Of a stretch of DNA of 64,000 nucleotides, positions 1 through 9,083 are shown in pieces; positions within the stretch are counted from its first letter, which is position 1, and each line of letters starts with the position of its first letter. The position numbers and the translations under genes were made by a program. The DNA comes from a virus, in IMG/VR virus record IMGVR_UViG_3300042691_053485, positions 1 to 64,000 of that record. One strand, written 5' to 3'. The notes under the pieces are model-generated. The model saw only the letters and a program-made list of their open reading frames with translations, did no database searches and was not told the origin of the DNA.

Positions 1-414
1 CAAGAGTTTGACATTGATGCTTTGCTAAATGAGCTTTTCGACTTGAAGTTTTGGATGGATAATCTTGATGGTATCCCCGGGACAAGCAAGGTGGAAGCAC
101 TCCGTTTTTTGTTGTCAAAAACTATCATAAACCTTTCCAACAAAGGATTATCAGCACTTCCTGAATCCATCTGCAACTTGCAGAATTTGCAAGGGTTGGA
201 TTTATATAACAACAACCTGAGCCGCCTTCCTGAATCCATTGGCAACTTGCAGAATTTGGAAGAGTTAGATTTGGCTGATAACAAGCTGAGTAGTCTGCCA
301 AAATCCATGGCAAATTTGAACAATTTAGAACTGTTATATTTATCTAACAACATTTTTTCCAAAGCAGAGAGAATTATAGAAACGATACTCTCGAATTGTA
401 AAATACATTTTTGA
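1..414 (+). CDS. Leucine-rich repeat protein, 5'-partial (LRR paralog 1)
   Basis: Frame is open from base 1 (QEFDIDALLNELFDLKFWMDNL...), matching the cap of the 3520 paralog; three 23-aa LPESIGNLQNLxxLxLxxN repeats. Confidence 0.9.
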   Translation, partial: QEFDIDALLNELFDLKFWMDNLDGIPGTSKVEALRFLLSKTIINLSNKGLSALPESICNLQNLQGLDLYNNNLSRLPESIGNLQNLEELDLADNKLSSLPKSMANLNNLELLYLSNNIFSKAERIIETILSNCKIHF

Positions 415-430
415 CGAAAAAAAAAACAAA

Positions 431-988
431 ATGAAAGTACAATTATCGCAAAAGTCAACGACTGAATTTTTGAATTTGGCGGAACATCAATTATTGTTGA
501 TTCCAAGTTACCAAAGAGAATATTGTTGGTCTGACGAAAAAAAGCTTCTTTTGATTGATTCAATTTCAAAGGGGATTCCAATTGGACTTATACAGTTGCG
601 TAAACTGAGTGGGTTTCAGTACGAGATTATTGATGGTCAACACCGAATTAGAACAGTTTTGGAAGTAATAATGGGGAAGGGAGTATATTTTAACACCCTG
701 ACCCAAGATTTTTCTTTAGATGAAAAAGATTTCGAATATGCAAAATTAGTAAGGAGCGGGGGTTCAATCAACTCTTCATTACTAATCAATGACCCTGAAC
801 TTACAGAAAACATTGGAATTGCATTTGTAGAATTGTGGCAAAAATTTCGCTATATGGATTTACCTTGTGTTATTTATGAGGGGACAGATGAGGATGTTGA
901 AGTCGCATTCAATAGAATAAACTTATCAGGCGTTCAATTTACCCCGGATTTTAAAAAACTAGAAAACAGTAAAACATTTAAACTATGA
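431..988 (+). CDS. DUF262 (GmrS/ParB-like) domain protein
   Basis: Motifs IPSYQREYCW, LIDSI..GIPIG, IIDGQHR, FNRIN match DUF262. Confidence 0.8.
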   Translation: MKVQLSQKSTTEFLNLAEHQLLLIPSYQREYCWSDEKKLLLIDSISKGIPIGLIQLRKLSGFQYEIIDGQHRIRTVLEVIMGKGVYFNTLTQDFSLDEKDFEYAKLVRSGGSINSSLLINDPELTENIGIAFVELWQKFRYMDLPCVIYEGTDEDVEVAFNRINLSGVQFTPDFKKLENSKTFKL

Positions 989-2511
989 TACTTTTATTTA
1001 TTATTTTATTGGCGGCTTTTTCAGCTAATGGACAAATTTTTTTACACGGAACGACAGGAATACAAGGGGAACGGGTAACAAACTGTCTCGTTTCGACCTG
1101 TTCAGGCTCATACTTCGATAATGGAGGAAATGCAGGTAATTATGCAAACAATGTGGCAGGTGGACTTTATAGAGTTTTTTGCCCCAGTATGATTGGTGGA
1201 TGTGTTCGAGTCACATTTAACAGCTTTCGAACCGAAAGTGGATTCGACTATTTAACAATTGGAAATGGCGCTACTCAAAATTCGCCCGTATTTACCACCC
1301 CACCTGCAAATAACGTAACAGGTAGGATTACAGGAGTACTGGCAGTACCGTTTACTTACACCGCAAATAATCCAAGCGGATGTTTAACATTCCGCTTCAC
1401 AAGCGATGCAACAATTAATGATGCAGGTTGGTCAGCTTCTCTTTCCTGTGTGCCTTGTGCCACTCCGGGATTCGGTCCCAACGGAATAGACCCTAATGAT
1501 TGCACAAGAGCGATTCCTGTCTGTGGGAATAGTAATATTACAGGGAATGCAACGAGTCCAGGCTTACTTGCAGAGGGATGCCCATCAAATTCATGTCCTG
1601 CGGGAGGAGAAAATCATACACAATGGTATTTGCTAACAGTCCAATCTAGCGGTACGCTAAACTGGTTAATCGACCCGACTATCAACACTGACGACTATGA
1701 CTTTGCAGTTTACGGGCCGAATGTCACTTGCGGGAATCTTGGTAATCCGGTCAGATGTTCAGATTCGGGAAATACAGGGAATACTGGTTCAGATGCAGTA
1801 TCAATTGACAACATTGAAAATGTTACAGGAAACTCATTTGTAGCTCAAATGAATGTTATTGCAGGTCAAACATATTACATGGTCGTTGATGAATGGTCTG
1901 CAAATTCGGGAGGCGGATATACACTTTCATGGGGTGGGACGGCTTCCCTTTCTTGTTCCCCGATTCTACCAATTAAACTGTTACATTTTGGAGCTCAATA
2001 TCGTGAAAATAGCAGAGATGCTTACCTTTCTTGGGCAACGGCTTCTGAATACTTAAACCCCGGATTTACAGTTGAGAGGAGTTATGATGGAATCAATTTT
2101 GATAGTATAGGTTGGGTTGAAACCAAAGGGAACGGTACTACCCGTCAAGATTACGAGTTTATAGATGGATACCCGTCATCTAATGGCTATACCTATTATC
2201 GATTGAAATGGGTTGATAATAATCGCGATTCATACTCTGATATTGCCGCAATTGCCGTCGATAATCCTATCGAATACGGAATATTGGTTTTTCCGAATCC
2301 GACCAATAGTAAAATAACAATTCGAAATTTTTATACAGGAACTGCCTCCTTAGAAGTTTATGACATCTTGGGAAGAATAGTAATTTCAAAGGAAATTTTT
2401 AATAATTCAAATGATGAAATAGTTTCTTTGGAAAATTATCCCGCAGGCTCATACATCTTCAAAATTGAAGGTAGAACATTTTCAAAAGAATATCTTATTA
2501 TCAAAAAATGA
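985..2511 (+). CDS. Secreted CUB-like domain protein with T9SS type A (Por) C-terminal sorting domain
   Basis: Signal peptide MILLFIILLAAFSANGQ; CUB-like FNSFRTESGFDYLTIG...FRFTSD..GW; Bacteroidota LPIKLLHF Ig-like segment; CTD VFPNPT...VYDILGR...YPAGSYIFKI. Confidence 0.85.
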   Translation: MILLFIILLAAFSANGQIFLHGTTGIQGERVTNCLVSTCSGSYFDNGGNAGNYANNVAGGLYRVFCPSMIGGCVRVTFNSFRTESGFDYLTIGNGATQNSPVFTTPPANNVTGRITGVLAVPFTYTANNPSGCLTFRFTSDATINDAGWSASLSCVPCATPGFGPNGIDPNDCTRAIPVCGNSNITGNATSPGLLAEGCPSNSCPAGGENHTQWYLLTVQSSGTLNWLIDPTINTDDYDFAVYGPNVTCGNLGNPVRCSDSGNTGNTGSDAVSIDNIENVTGNSFVAQMNVIAGQTYYMVVDEWSANSGGGYTLSWGGTASLSCSPILPIKLLHFGAQYRENSRDAYLSWATASEYLNPGFTVERSYDGINFDSIGWVETKGNGTTRQDYEFIDGYPSSNGYTYYRLKWVDNNRDSYSDIAAIAVDNPIEYGILVFPNPTNSKITIRNFYTGTASLEVYDILGRIVISKEIFNNSNDEIVSLENYPAGSYIFKIEGRTFSKEYLIIKK

Positions 2512-2876
2512 ATGTAAATCTTCCAATTGATGAATATGAATCAATAATGAATCTCATCTATGTAGGTGAAGAAAATATTGATTTAGCAGTGCAAATTTTG
2601 GTAGGATATCCAATTGATGTTAAGAAATTTCTTTTGAAGGAATTCGGTTCTTTAATAGTTTTAAAGCAGAGTTATGTAAATCAAATACCTCTTTATAAAA
2701 TAGTGGAAGCCTTGAAATGGATGACAAAAACTACTCAAATTCTAAGCAATTCAACCGCAAAAAACATAACGATTCCGCCCCTTCAGTCCCCCACTAATAA
2801 ATGGCATTGGGTTGTTTTTGGGGCAGACCAATATCTTCACGCGATTGTCATTATATTGATGGCGTGGTTGGTATGA
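2508..2876 (+). CDS. Hypothetical, apparently chimeric protein (cap-like N-terminus, DUF3307-like C-terminus)
   Basis: N-terminal LIYVGEENIDLAVQIL resembles the shared cap module; C-terminal WHWVVFGADQYLH resembles DUF3307. Confidence 0.45.
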   Translation: MNVNLPIDEYESIMNLIYVGEENIDLAVQILVGYPIDVKKFLLKEFGSLIVLKQSYVNQIPLYKIVEALKWMTKTTQILSNSTAKNITIPPLQSPTNKWHWVVFGADQYLHAIVIILMAWLV

Positions 2877-2879
2877 AAG

Positions 2880-2907
2880 AAGGCGGCTTTAAGCCGCCTT
2901 TTTTTTT
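2880..2907. terminator. Intrinsic terminator, likely bidirectional
   Basis: AAGGCGGCTT-T-AAGCCGCCTT followed by a T run, between convergent genes. Confidence 0.8.
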
Positions 2908-3457
2908 AAAAACCGAAAGTTCTAACTCTATATCGCATCAAAATCCGCATAGTTCCGTTTCCGTCTTTTAAGGTTGGCACATCGTGCATCCCCAACGTCA
3001 CCTTCTGATTAAGAGAGAACACTGCTGTTTGTGGATTACCACCCCCAATTCCACCCCAATCACCATTTGCAGGAATATACGCTGTCACGACTGCGACTCT
3101 ATCACTATCCCCCGTTACCAAAGTTACATCAACTGATGCGATTCGGGAACCCTGACTTATGATAAAGGCATTTTTACCACCGGATGTGTATTTTGTTGTT
3201 CCATAGTCGAACTCAAAAATGAATTTATCAAACTCATAGTACTTGCCCGACCCTGGAGTTGGGAGTAAGTCTTTAGGAGATAAACTCAATCCTTGTATTT
3301 CAACTGCTGATACACTTACAATAGTTTCAGTCCACCCTAAATCCGCAATTTGCTGGGTAGTGAACTTTTCAGGTACATCATTTGTTTGGGTATAAACTTC
3401 TTCGGTTCCGTCTAAAACTGTACGAACGGGAAAATTATTTGGTTTTTCGCCTGCCAT
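2906..3457 (-). CDS. Hypothetical virion-type protein, paralog of 35139..35702
   Basis: Likely start MAGEKPNNF (3457) 11 nt below a TATTTATA motif; shares MAGxKPNxF, LPxPGxGKYY and DGxxxLxLxY with the 35139 protein. Confidence 0.75.
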   Translation of the reverse strand: MAGEKPNNFPVRTVLDGTEEVYTQTNDVPEKFTTQQIADLGWTETIVSVSAVEIQGLSLSPKDLLPTPGSGKYYEFDKFIFEFDYGTTKYTSGGKNAFIISQGSRIASVDVTLVTGDSDRVAVVTAYIPANGDWGGIGGGNPQTAVFSLNQKVTLGMHDVPTLKDGNGTMRILMRYRVRTFGF

Positions 3458-3468
3458 ATATTTTTTAT

Positions 3469-3476
3469 TATAAATA
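3469..3476 (-). promoter_or_regulatory. TATTTATA late-promoter-like motif
   Basis: Motif recurs about 10-25 nt upstream of many structural gene starts. Confidence 0.6.
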
Positions 3477-3519
3477 TTCAATTCCTTAAAGATATTTAAC
3501 AGTATAATCTAAATCTAAA

Positions 3520-4518
3520 ATGGACACGAAAAAACTTAATGAAATAATGAAGAAGCGTTTGAATGAAGGCTTCTTTGGGAGCATACAAGAGGAGGAGTTT
3601 GATATAAAGTCAAATCTCACAAGCCTTCTAAAATCCGGAACACCGGATAACATTGAACTTGCCATCATGGTAGCACAGGGTCAAGAGTTTGACATTGATG
3701 CTTTGCTAAATGAGCTTTTCGACTTGAAGTTTTGGATGGATAATCTTGATGATATTCCCCGGACAAGCAAGGTGGAAGCACTCCGTTTTTTGCTGTCAAA
3801 AACTAGCATAAACCTTTCCCGCAAAGGATTGTCGGAACTTTCTGAATCCATCGGCAACTTGCAGAATTTGCAAGGGTTGAATTTGTATAACAACAACCTG
3901 AGCAGTCTTCCGGAATCCATTGGCAACTTGCAGCATTTGCAAGTGTTAGATTTGTCTTATAACAACCTGAGCAGTCTTCCGGAATCCATCGGCAACTTGC
4001 AGAATTTGCAAAGGTTAGGTTTGGGTAACAACAACCTGAGCAGCCTTCCGGAATCCATCGGCAACTTGCAGAATTTGCAAGAGTTAAATTTGGATAACAA
4101 CAACCTGAGCAGCCTTCCGGAATCCATCGGCAACTTGCAGAATTTGAAAGGGTTGTATTTGCGTGGCAACAACCTGAGCAGCCTTCCGGAATCCATCGGT
4201 AACTTGCAAAATTTGATAAGATTGGATTTATTTGATAACAACTTGAGCAGCTTGCCTGAATCTATCGGCAACTTGCAGAATTTGGAACGGTTGTATTTGC
4301 GTGACAACAAGCTAAGCCGCCTTCCGGAATCCATTGGCAACTTGCAGAATTTGCAAAGGTTGTTTTTGGGTAACAACAACCTGAGCAGCCTTCCGGAATC
4401 CATCGGCAACTTGCAGAATTTGGTATGGTTGGATTTGTCCGGCAATACGATACCAACAGATACCCTAAGAAGGTTGAAAGTGGCACTCCCAAATTGCACT
4501 ATAAATGCAAAATTTTGA
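3520..4518 (+). CDS. Leucine-rich repeat protein (LRR paralog 2, about 9 repeats)
   Basis: Leader MDTKKLNE, cap LLKSGTPDNIELAIMVAQG, then 23-aa repeats LSSLPESIGNLQNLxxLxLxxNN. Confidence 0.95.
   Translation: MDTKKLNEIMKKRLNEGFFGSIQEEEFDIKSNLTSLLKSGTPDNIELAIMVAQGQEFDIDALLNELFDLKFWMDNLDDIPRTSKVEALRFLLSKTSINLSRKGLSELSESIGNLQNLQGLNLYNNNLSSLPESIGNLQHLQVLDLSYNNLSSLPESIGNLQNLQRLGLGNNNLSSLPESIGNLQNLQELNLDNNNLSSLPESIGNLQNLKGLYLRGNNLSSLPESIGNLQNLIRLDLFDNNLSSLPESIGNLQNLERLYLRDNKLSRLPESIGNLQNLQRLFLGNNNLSSLPESIGNLQNLVWLDLSGNTIPTDTLRRLKVALPNCTINAKF
3829..4446 (+). repeat. 69-bp tandem coding repeat array
   Basis: Near-identical AACAACCTGAGCAGCCTTCCGGAATCCATCGGCAACTTGCAGAATTTG scaffold every 69 nt with a variable spacer. 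Confidence 0.95.
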
Positions 4519-4530
4519 ACCAAATTAATT

Positions 4531-5178
4531 ATGAAAACTCCAAAAATCAAAATAACAGAATCCCAAATGAAGCTAGCATTTCAAAAGTTAGCTTAATTAC
4601 AGCTTTTGAAAGAAGAACTTTCAAATGAAGAATATGAGAATCTAAAGAATCTCATAAAAGCAGGAGGCGATAATTATAAAATTGCAAAAGAAATTGCAGC
4701 CGCTGAAGGAATAGACATCAAGGAGATTATTCAAGAGATAATTGATGAACTTGGATTTGATATAGATGAAATTTCTAAAGGTTTTTTTGAGTATGCAATT
4801 TGGTTGGAAGAAGAAAATTTGATTGACAGCATTATCGAAATCCAAGGTGAGGATTTTGATTTTACAAAAATTTTAAATGTTTCAAATATAGCTTCTCAAT
4901 CAGAGGTTAAAATAAAGAATTTGATATCGAGATTTCTTTTATCACTTACTCCAGATGTCCTATATGAATTAAGTGGGAGTAAAGATGGTGAAAACTGGGA
5001 CAACGAAATTGGGAGTTCATTCGCAGGTAAAGCTTTAGGGGGTGCTAGTTTCCATTTGAATGGCAACATCAGCCTTACAGATGATGCGAAAACACAAATA
5101 AAAAATGTATTAAAACAACGCGAATTTTGGCTTGATGGCATATATATAGGCAATGACTTAAAAATTCACTTGTACTAA
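4531..5178 (+). pseudogene. Hypothetical protein with an in-frame TAA at 4594-4596 (downstream ORF 4606..5178 intact)
   Basis: ATG 4531 is in frame with 4606: MKTPKIKITESQMKLAFQKLA*LQLLKEE; leader resembles 45879 MKNPRLIITEKQ. Confidence 0.55.
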
Positions 5179-5182
5179 AAGA

Positions 5183-5205
5183 AAAGGCAGCCATTGGCTG
5201 CCTTT
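5183..5205. terminator. Intrinsic terminator hairpin between convergent genes
   Basis: AAAGGCAGCCA-T-TGGCTGCCTTT. Confidence 0.75.
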
Positions 5206-5209
5206 CTAT

Positions 5210-6544
5210 TTAGATTAAACCGATTTTCTTTTTCTCAAAATAATTCTTCAGCCCATCACGTGTTAAAGGGATATTATTCTTCGTAAGCTCATGTTTGAAA
5301 TATTTCTCAATAATTTGACTTTCGATGTCAATATCAATTGAATCAGCTATCACAAATGCAAGTTCAATATTCCCAATATCTCCTGTTTTTATCATGGTTA
5401 AAATCATATCCACCTGCTCATCTGCTTCGATTTCAGTTTTATCATCGTTGTTTTGTGTTATCAAGGGGATATAGGCGTAGAGTCCTGCAAGTTTTTTCAT
5501 CATCTTCTCAGCAGCTCTATTCATAAGCTTTATTTCATGTCTATAGAAATCTTCATAACTTCCTGTGAGTTTAGACTTCTTTAGATATTTTTTTAGATAC
5601 TCTACTTGACTTCCTCCAACACCCAAAAAAGAAGTTGCTAATCCTGTTGTATTAGACTTAAATAACTCAAAAAGTTTTGAAAGAATAAGTTCAGCTATAT
5701 CATCGTTGCTATATTGCAATACCTCATAACCGTGAGTTTTAGCTAATTGACCACGAACCAAATCAGATTGTGCCGCGATTGAATCTAGCAACTTTTCATA
5801 GGTCATCTCTTTAGCACTCTCTAATTCATAGTAGGCTTCACTTTTTTTCAAAAACTGTTTAAATTCAGGCTGAGTTATACCCTGTTCAACGATTTTTGCA
5901 GCTAACTCAGGCACACGAACTGCATTTTCGATGTTATGTGTATAATACATCAAGAAAAAAAACTTCCTCAATAAACCAATATTGAATCTTTCATTTAATG
6001 CAGAGTTCACTGCTCCATATTTGATAGTCTCTCCTGCTGGACGGTCACTTTTTTTCGATACATCAAAAGAATGCGCCATTTCATGTGTTAAATGAGATAT
6101 CGCATCATTTTTTATACTATACATGAAATCGTAAAATTCTTTTGAGTCATAAGACTTTTTAACCCCTGGATTTATTCCAATATTAATTCCAATCGTAATT
6201 TGGTTTGTTGGATTATGAGATTTAACCCTGTATGATTTTCCATTTTTTGGAGGTGCAACAGTCTGGGCATAAGGTCTAAAATACATCCCTAAATATCGAT
6301 AATTTTCATCTCCTGACATGGATATAGGTGTGAAATCAAAAGAGAAATCAATAGTATCAAATGAATAATCTCCTATTTTGAATCGCCCTGGAATCTTGTG
6401 TTGATACGAAATATCATCAAAGGTTTTGGATTTTCTTATGAATTCCAAAACTTTTTCATAGAAATGCTTGCCCCAGTATAATATTTCATCCGGAACACCA
6501 AGCGCCTCATTTAACTGCTTCTTTATAAAATTTTTAATATTCAT
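5210..6544 (-). CDS. HExxH (zincin-like) motif protein
   Basis: HLTHEMAH motif; leader MNIKNFIKKQLNE; C-terminal copy of the cap module MIKTGDIGNIELAFVIA. Confidence 0.6.
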   Translation of the reverse strand: MNIKNFIKKQLNEALGVPDEILYWGKHFYEKVLEFIRKSKTFDDISYQHKIPGRFKIGDYSFDTIDFSFDFTPISMSGDENYRYLGMYFRPYAQTVAPPKNGKSYRVKSHNPTNQITIGINIGINPGVKKSYDSKEFYDFMYSIKNDAISHLTHEMAHSFDVSKKSDRPAGETIKYGAVNSALNERFNIGLLRKFFFLMYYTHNIENAVRVPELAAKIVEQGITQPEFKQFLKKSEAYYELESAKEMTYEKLLDSIAAQSDLVRGQLAKTHGYEVLQYSNDDIAELILSKLFELFKSNTTGLATSFLGVGGSQVEYLKKYLKKSKLTGSYEDFYRHEIKLMNRAAEKMMKKLAGLYAYIPLITQNNDDKTEIEADEQVDMILTMIKTGDIGNIELAFVIADSIDIDIESQIIEKYFKHELTKNNIPLTRDGLKNYFEKKKIGLI

Positions 6545-6557
6545 GGTTTTTTTTTAT

Positions 6558-7346
6558 TTAAAATTCCACTTTACAATTTGGAAGTATAGCCTTCAACCTC
6601 TTTATTGCATTTGTGGGTATCGTATTGCCGGACAAATCCAACCGTTGCAAATTCTGCAAGTTGCCGAAGGATTCAGGAAGGCTGCTCAGGTTGTTGTTAT
6701 CCAAATCCAACACTTTCAAATTCTGCAAGTTGCCGATGGATTCCGGAAGGCTGCTCAGGTTGTTGTTATACAAATACAACCTTTGCAAATTCTGCAAGTT
6801 GCCGATGGATTCCGGAAGGCTGCTCAGGTTGTTGTTATACAAAACTAACCCTTGCAAATGCTGCAAGTTGCCGAATGATTCCGGAAGACTGCTCAGGTTG
6901 TTATAAGACAAATCTAACCCTTGCAAATGCTGCAAGTTGCCGAATGATTCCGGAAGACTGCTCAGGTTGTTGTTATACAAGCGCAACCATTCCAAATTCT
7001 GCAAGTTGCCGATGGATTCCGGAAGTGCTGACAATCCTTTGCGGTAAAGGTTTATGCTAGTTTTTGACAGCAAAAAACGGAGTGCTTCCACCTTGCTTGT
7101 TTGAGGAATGTCATCAAGATTATCCATCCAAAATTGCAAGTCAAAAAGCTCATTTAGCAAAGCATCAATGTCAAACTCCTGACCCTGTGCTACCATGATG
7201 GCAAGTTCAATGTTATCCGGTGTTCCGGATTTTAGAAGACCTGTGAGCTTTGATTTTATATCAAACACTTCCTCTTCTTGTATGCTCCCAAAGGAACATC
7301 CATCCAAACGCTTCTTCATTACTTCATTTAAATTATTAATATCCAT
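6558..7346 (-). CDS. Leucine-rich repeat protein (LRR paralog 3, about 6 repeats)
   Basis: Same leader, cap and 23-aa repeats as 3520; C-cap LDLSGNTIPT shared with 3520. Confidence 0.95.
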   Translation of the reverse strand: MDINNLNEVMKKRLDGCSFGSIQEEEVFDIKSKLTGLLKSGTPDNIELAIMVAQGQEFDIDALLNELFDLQFWMDNLDDIPQTSKVEALRFLLSKTSINLYRKGLSALPESIGNLQNLEWLRLYNNNLSSLPESFGNLQHLQGLDLSYNNLSSLPESFGNLQHLQGLVLYNNNLSSLPESIGNLQNLQRLYLYNNNLSSLPESIGNLQNLKVLDLDNNNLSSLPESFGNLQNLQRLDLSGNTIPTNAIKRLKAILPNCKVEF

Positions 7347-7358
7347 TCTCCAAAGAAG

Positions 7359-9083
7359 TTACAATGTTTCAAATGTTCTTTCATAATATCCAACTAGCTC
7401 CGATTCTGTTTTGAAATATCTGATATTTTCAGGAGCATAATTTACCATTTCACGCCCCTTTATGATTATGCCATCATAACCTAATTTGAGCATCTCATCT
7501 TCAATGGTTGTGTTTGCCTCGAAATGTCGGATGTCAAATGGAAGTCCGTGTTTTTCACAAAAGTCAATCATTAACTTCTGCCTCCACATTTCAGCTCCAT
7601 TTAATGAATCTACAACAATTGGGTTTTTAGGGACGGCATTTACCACAAAGTAAACATCTCCATATTGTTTAGCCATTGACTTATTACTAAGTGGCACGGT
7701 GTAAAGTCCTTTACCAAATTGACCGCTTACATTATTTGGCTGACCAAGGGTTTTAATCCCCCGCAATGTGACATTTTTGCGTTTCCACATTTTATAGTTA
7801 TCGACAGTTTCATTCATCATATCAACAGTATCTATAGATTGAATTATTATACATTTTGGATTATAGACAATATAATGTTTAAAGTTGCTTGCCGCCCCCC
7901 AGCTCGATTTGTATGGTTCACTTATCTCCAACCCATCAAATCCTAAATTCACCATACCATCCACAAAGGATTTGGCATCGTATAAAAACCAATCATACCA
8001 TACATTTAAAAAGAAATCCTTTTGGCTATCAACATCTGCGCTGTCTCGTATCGCTTGTTTTAGCCCTATTATAGGATTCATGTGCCAATTCTGTGCAATA
8101 CTTTGCCAAGTCTCCTCATCCTTGCTTTTTATCAGTTTGGCAGCAAGATTTAAATCGGTTTTAGAGACTCTTTTCCTATCAGAAATGATATTTTTTAATG
8201 TAAGATTGACGGTGTAAAGATATGCCCCATATTTCATTGCATCAGCCTTATCAGTTGTGAAGTATAAGCCTGGACCCTGCTCATCATTTGCATTTTCGCC
8301 GCCAACGTAATCTGTCACAAGAGAATTATGCTTTACATTTGAACCGTGGTATGCAGTTATTGAACTAGTTTTATCTAAAGATTCGGTCAGGCTAATTGTT
8401 TTTGGATATCGTATTAAACTACCCAAAAACCTGTAATCCTTATTCTTACCCTTATTTTTAACAAAGCCAAAACGCTTATAAAATTTTTCTAAAACAGAAA
8501 CAGGTGTCCCAAATGTGTTTTCAGGGGTTAATGTAATAATTACATGTTTTTTATCTGCCCAATCTATAATATCTTGCATTGCTTTAGAACCAATGCCTTC
8601 TCGCCTTTTATCCTTATCGACAATGATACTTTGGATATAAATCGCAGGAACATCTGATATGTGATATTTGACGTTTATTGAAATTGGATATTTTGACTCA
8701 ATATCTGTTATATGTTCAATTTCATTCAATAATGAGTCTTTAGCTTCAGAAAAAACAACTCTGACGGTTTCATTATTTTCATTAAGACAAAAAACCGCAA
8801 AATTTCCGGCTTCATCGATAGGAAATGGTGCATCTAATGGGACATCTTCACCATTATATTCACCAAATGAGCCTGCATTAGATTCTATGATTGCTTTTTC
8901 AGCCTCACTAATGAGTATATAGCCTCCAAAATACAGACTTCTCACTTCATTTACCAAGTCACACCATGCAATAGAACCCATACGAAATTCCGACTCATCT
9001 AAAGAAAGTTTATTCTCCAAATGATATTTCATACCCTCACTAAGTTGTAATTTTGCCTTATCTTCCTTTAAAATTAACCTCAT
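7359..9083 (-). CDS. Polyvalent multidomain protein: conserved phage N-domain, GNAT acetyltransferase and two ADP-ribosyltransferase-like domains
   Basis: GNAT KRREGIGSKAM...LEKFYKRFGF; ART-like AYHGS...GPGLYFT...AMKYG...GFDG; second TLRG...GKGLYT...AKQYG...GYDG. Confidence 0.7.
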   Translation of the reverse strand: MRLILKEDKAKLQLSEGMKYHLENKLSLDESEFRMGSIAWCDLVNEVRSLYFGGYILISEAEKAIIESNAGSFGEYNGEDVPLDAPFPIDEAGNFAVFCLNENNETVRVVFSEAKDSLLNEIEHITDIESKYPISINVKYHISDVPAIYIQSIIVDKDKRREGIGSKAMQDIIDWADKKHVIITLTPENTFGTPVSVLEKFYKRFGFVKNKGKNKDYRFLGSLIRYPKTISLTESLDKTSSITAYHGSNVKHNSLVTDYVGGENANDEQGPGLYFTTDKADAMKYGAYLYTVNLTLKNIISDRKRVSKTDLNLAAKLIKSKDEETWQSIAQNWHMNPIIGLKQAIRDSADVDSQKDFFLNVWYDWFLYDAKSFVDGMVNLGFDGLEISEPYKSSWGAASNFKHYIVYNPKCIIIQSIDTVDMMNETVDNYKMWKRKNVTLRGIKTLGQPNNVSGQFGKGLYTVPLSNKSMAKQYGDVYFVVNAVPKNPIVVDSLNGAEMWRQKLMIDFCEKHGLPFDIRHFEANTTIEDEMLKLGYDGIIIKGREMVNYAPENIRYFKTESELVGYYERTFETL

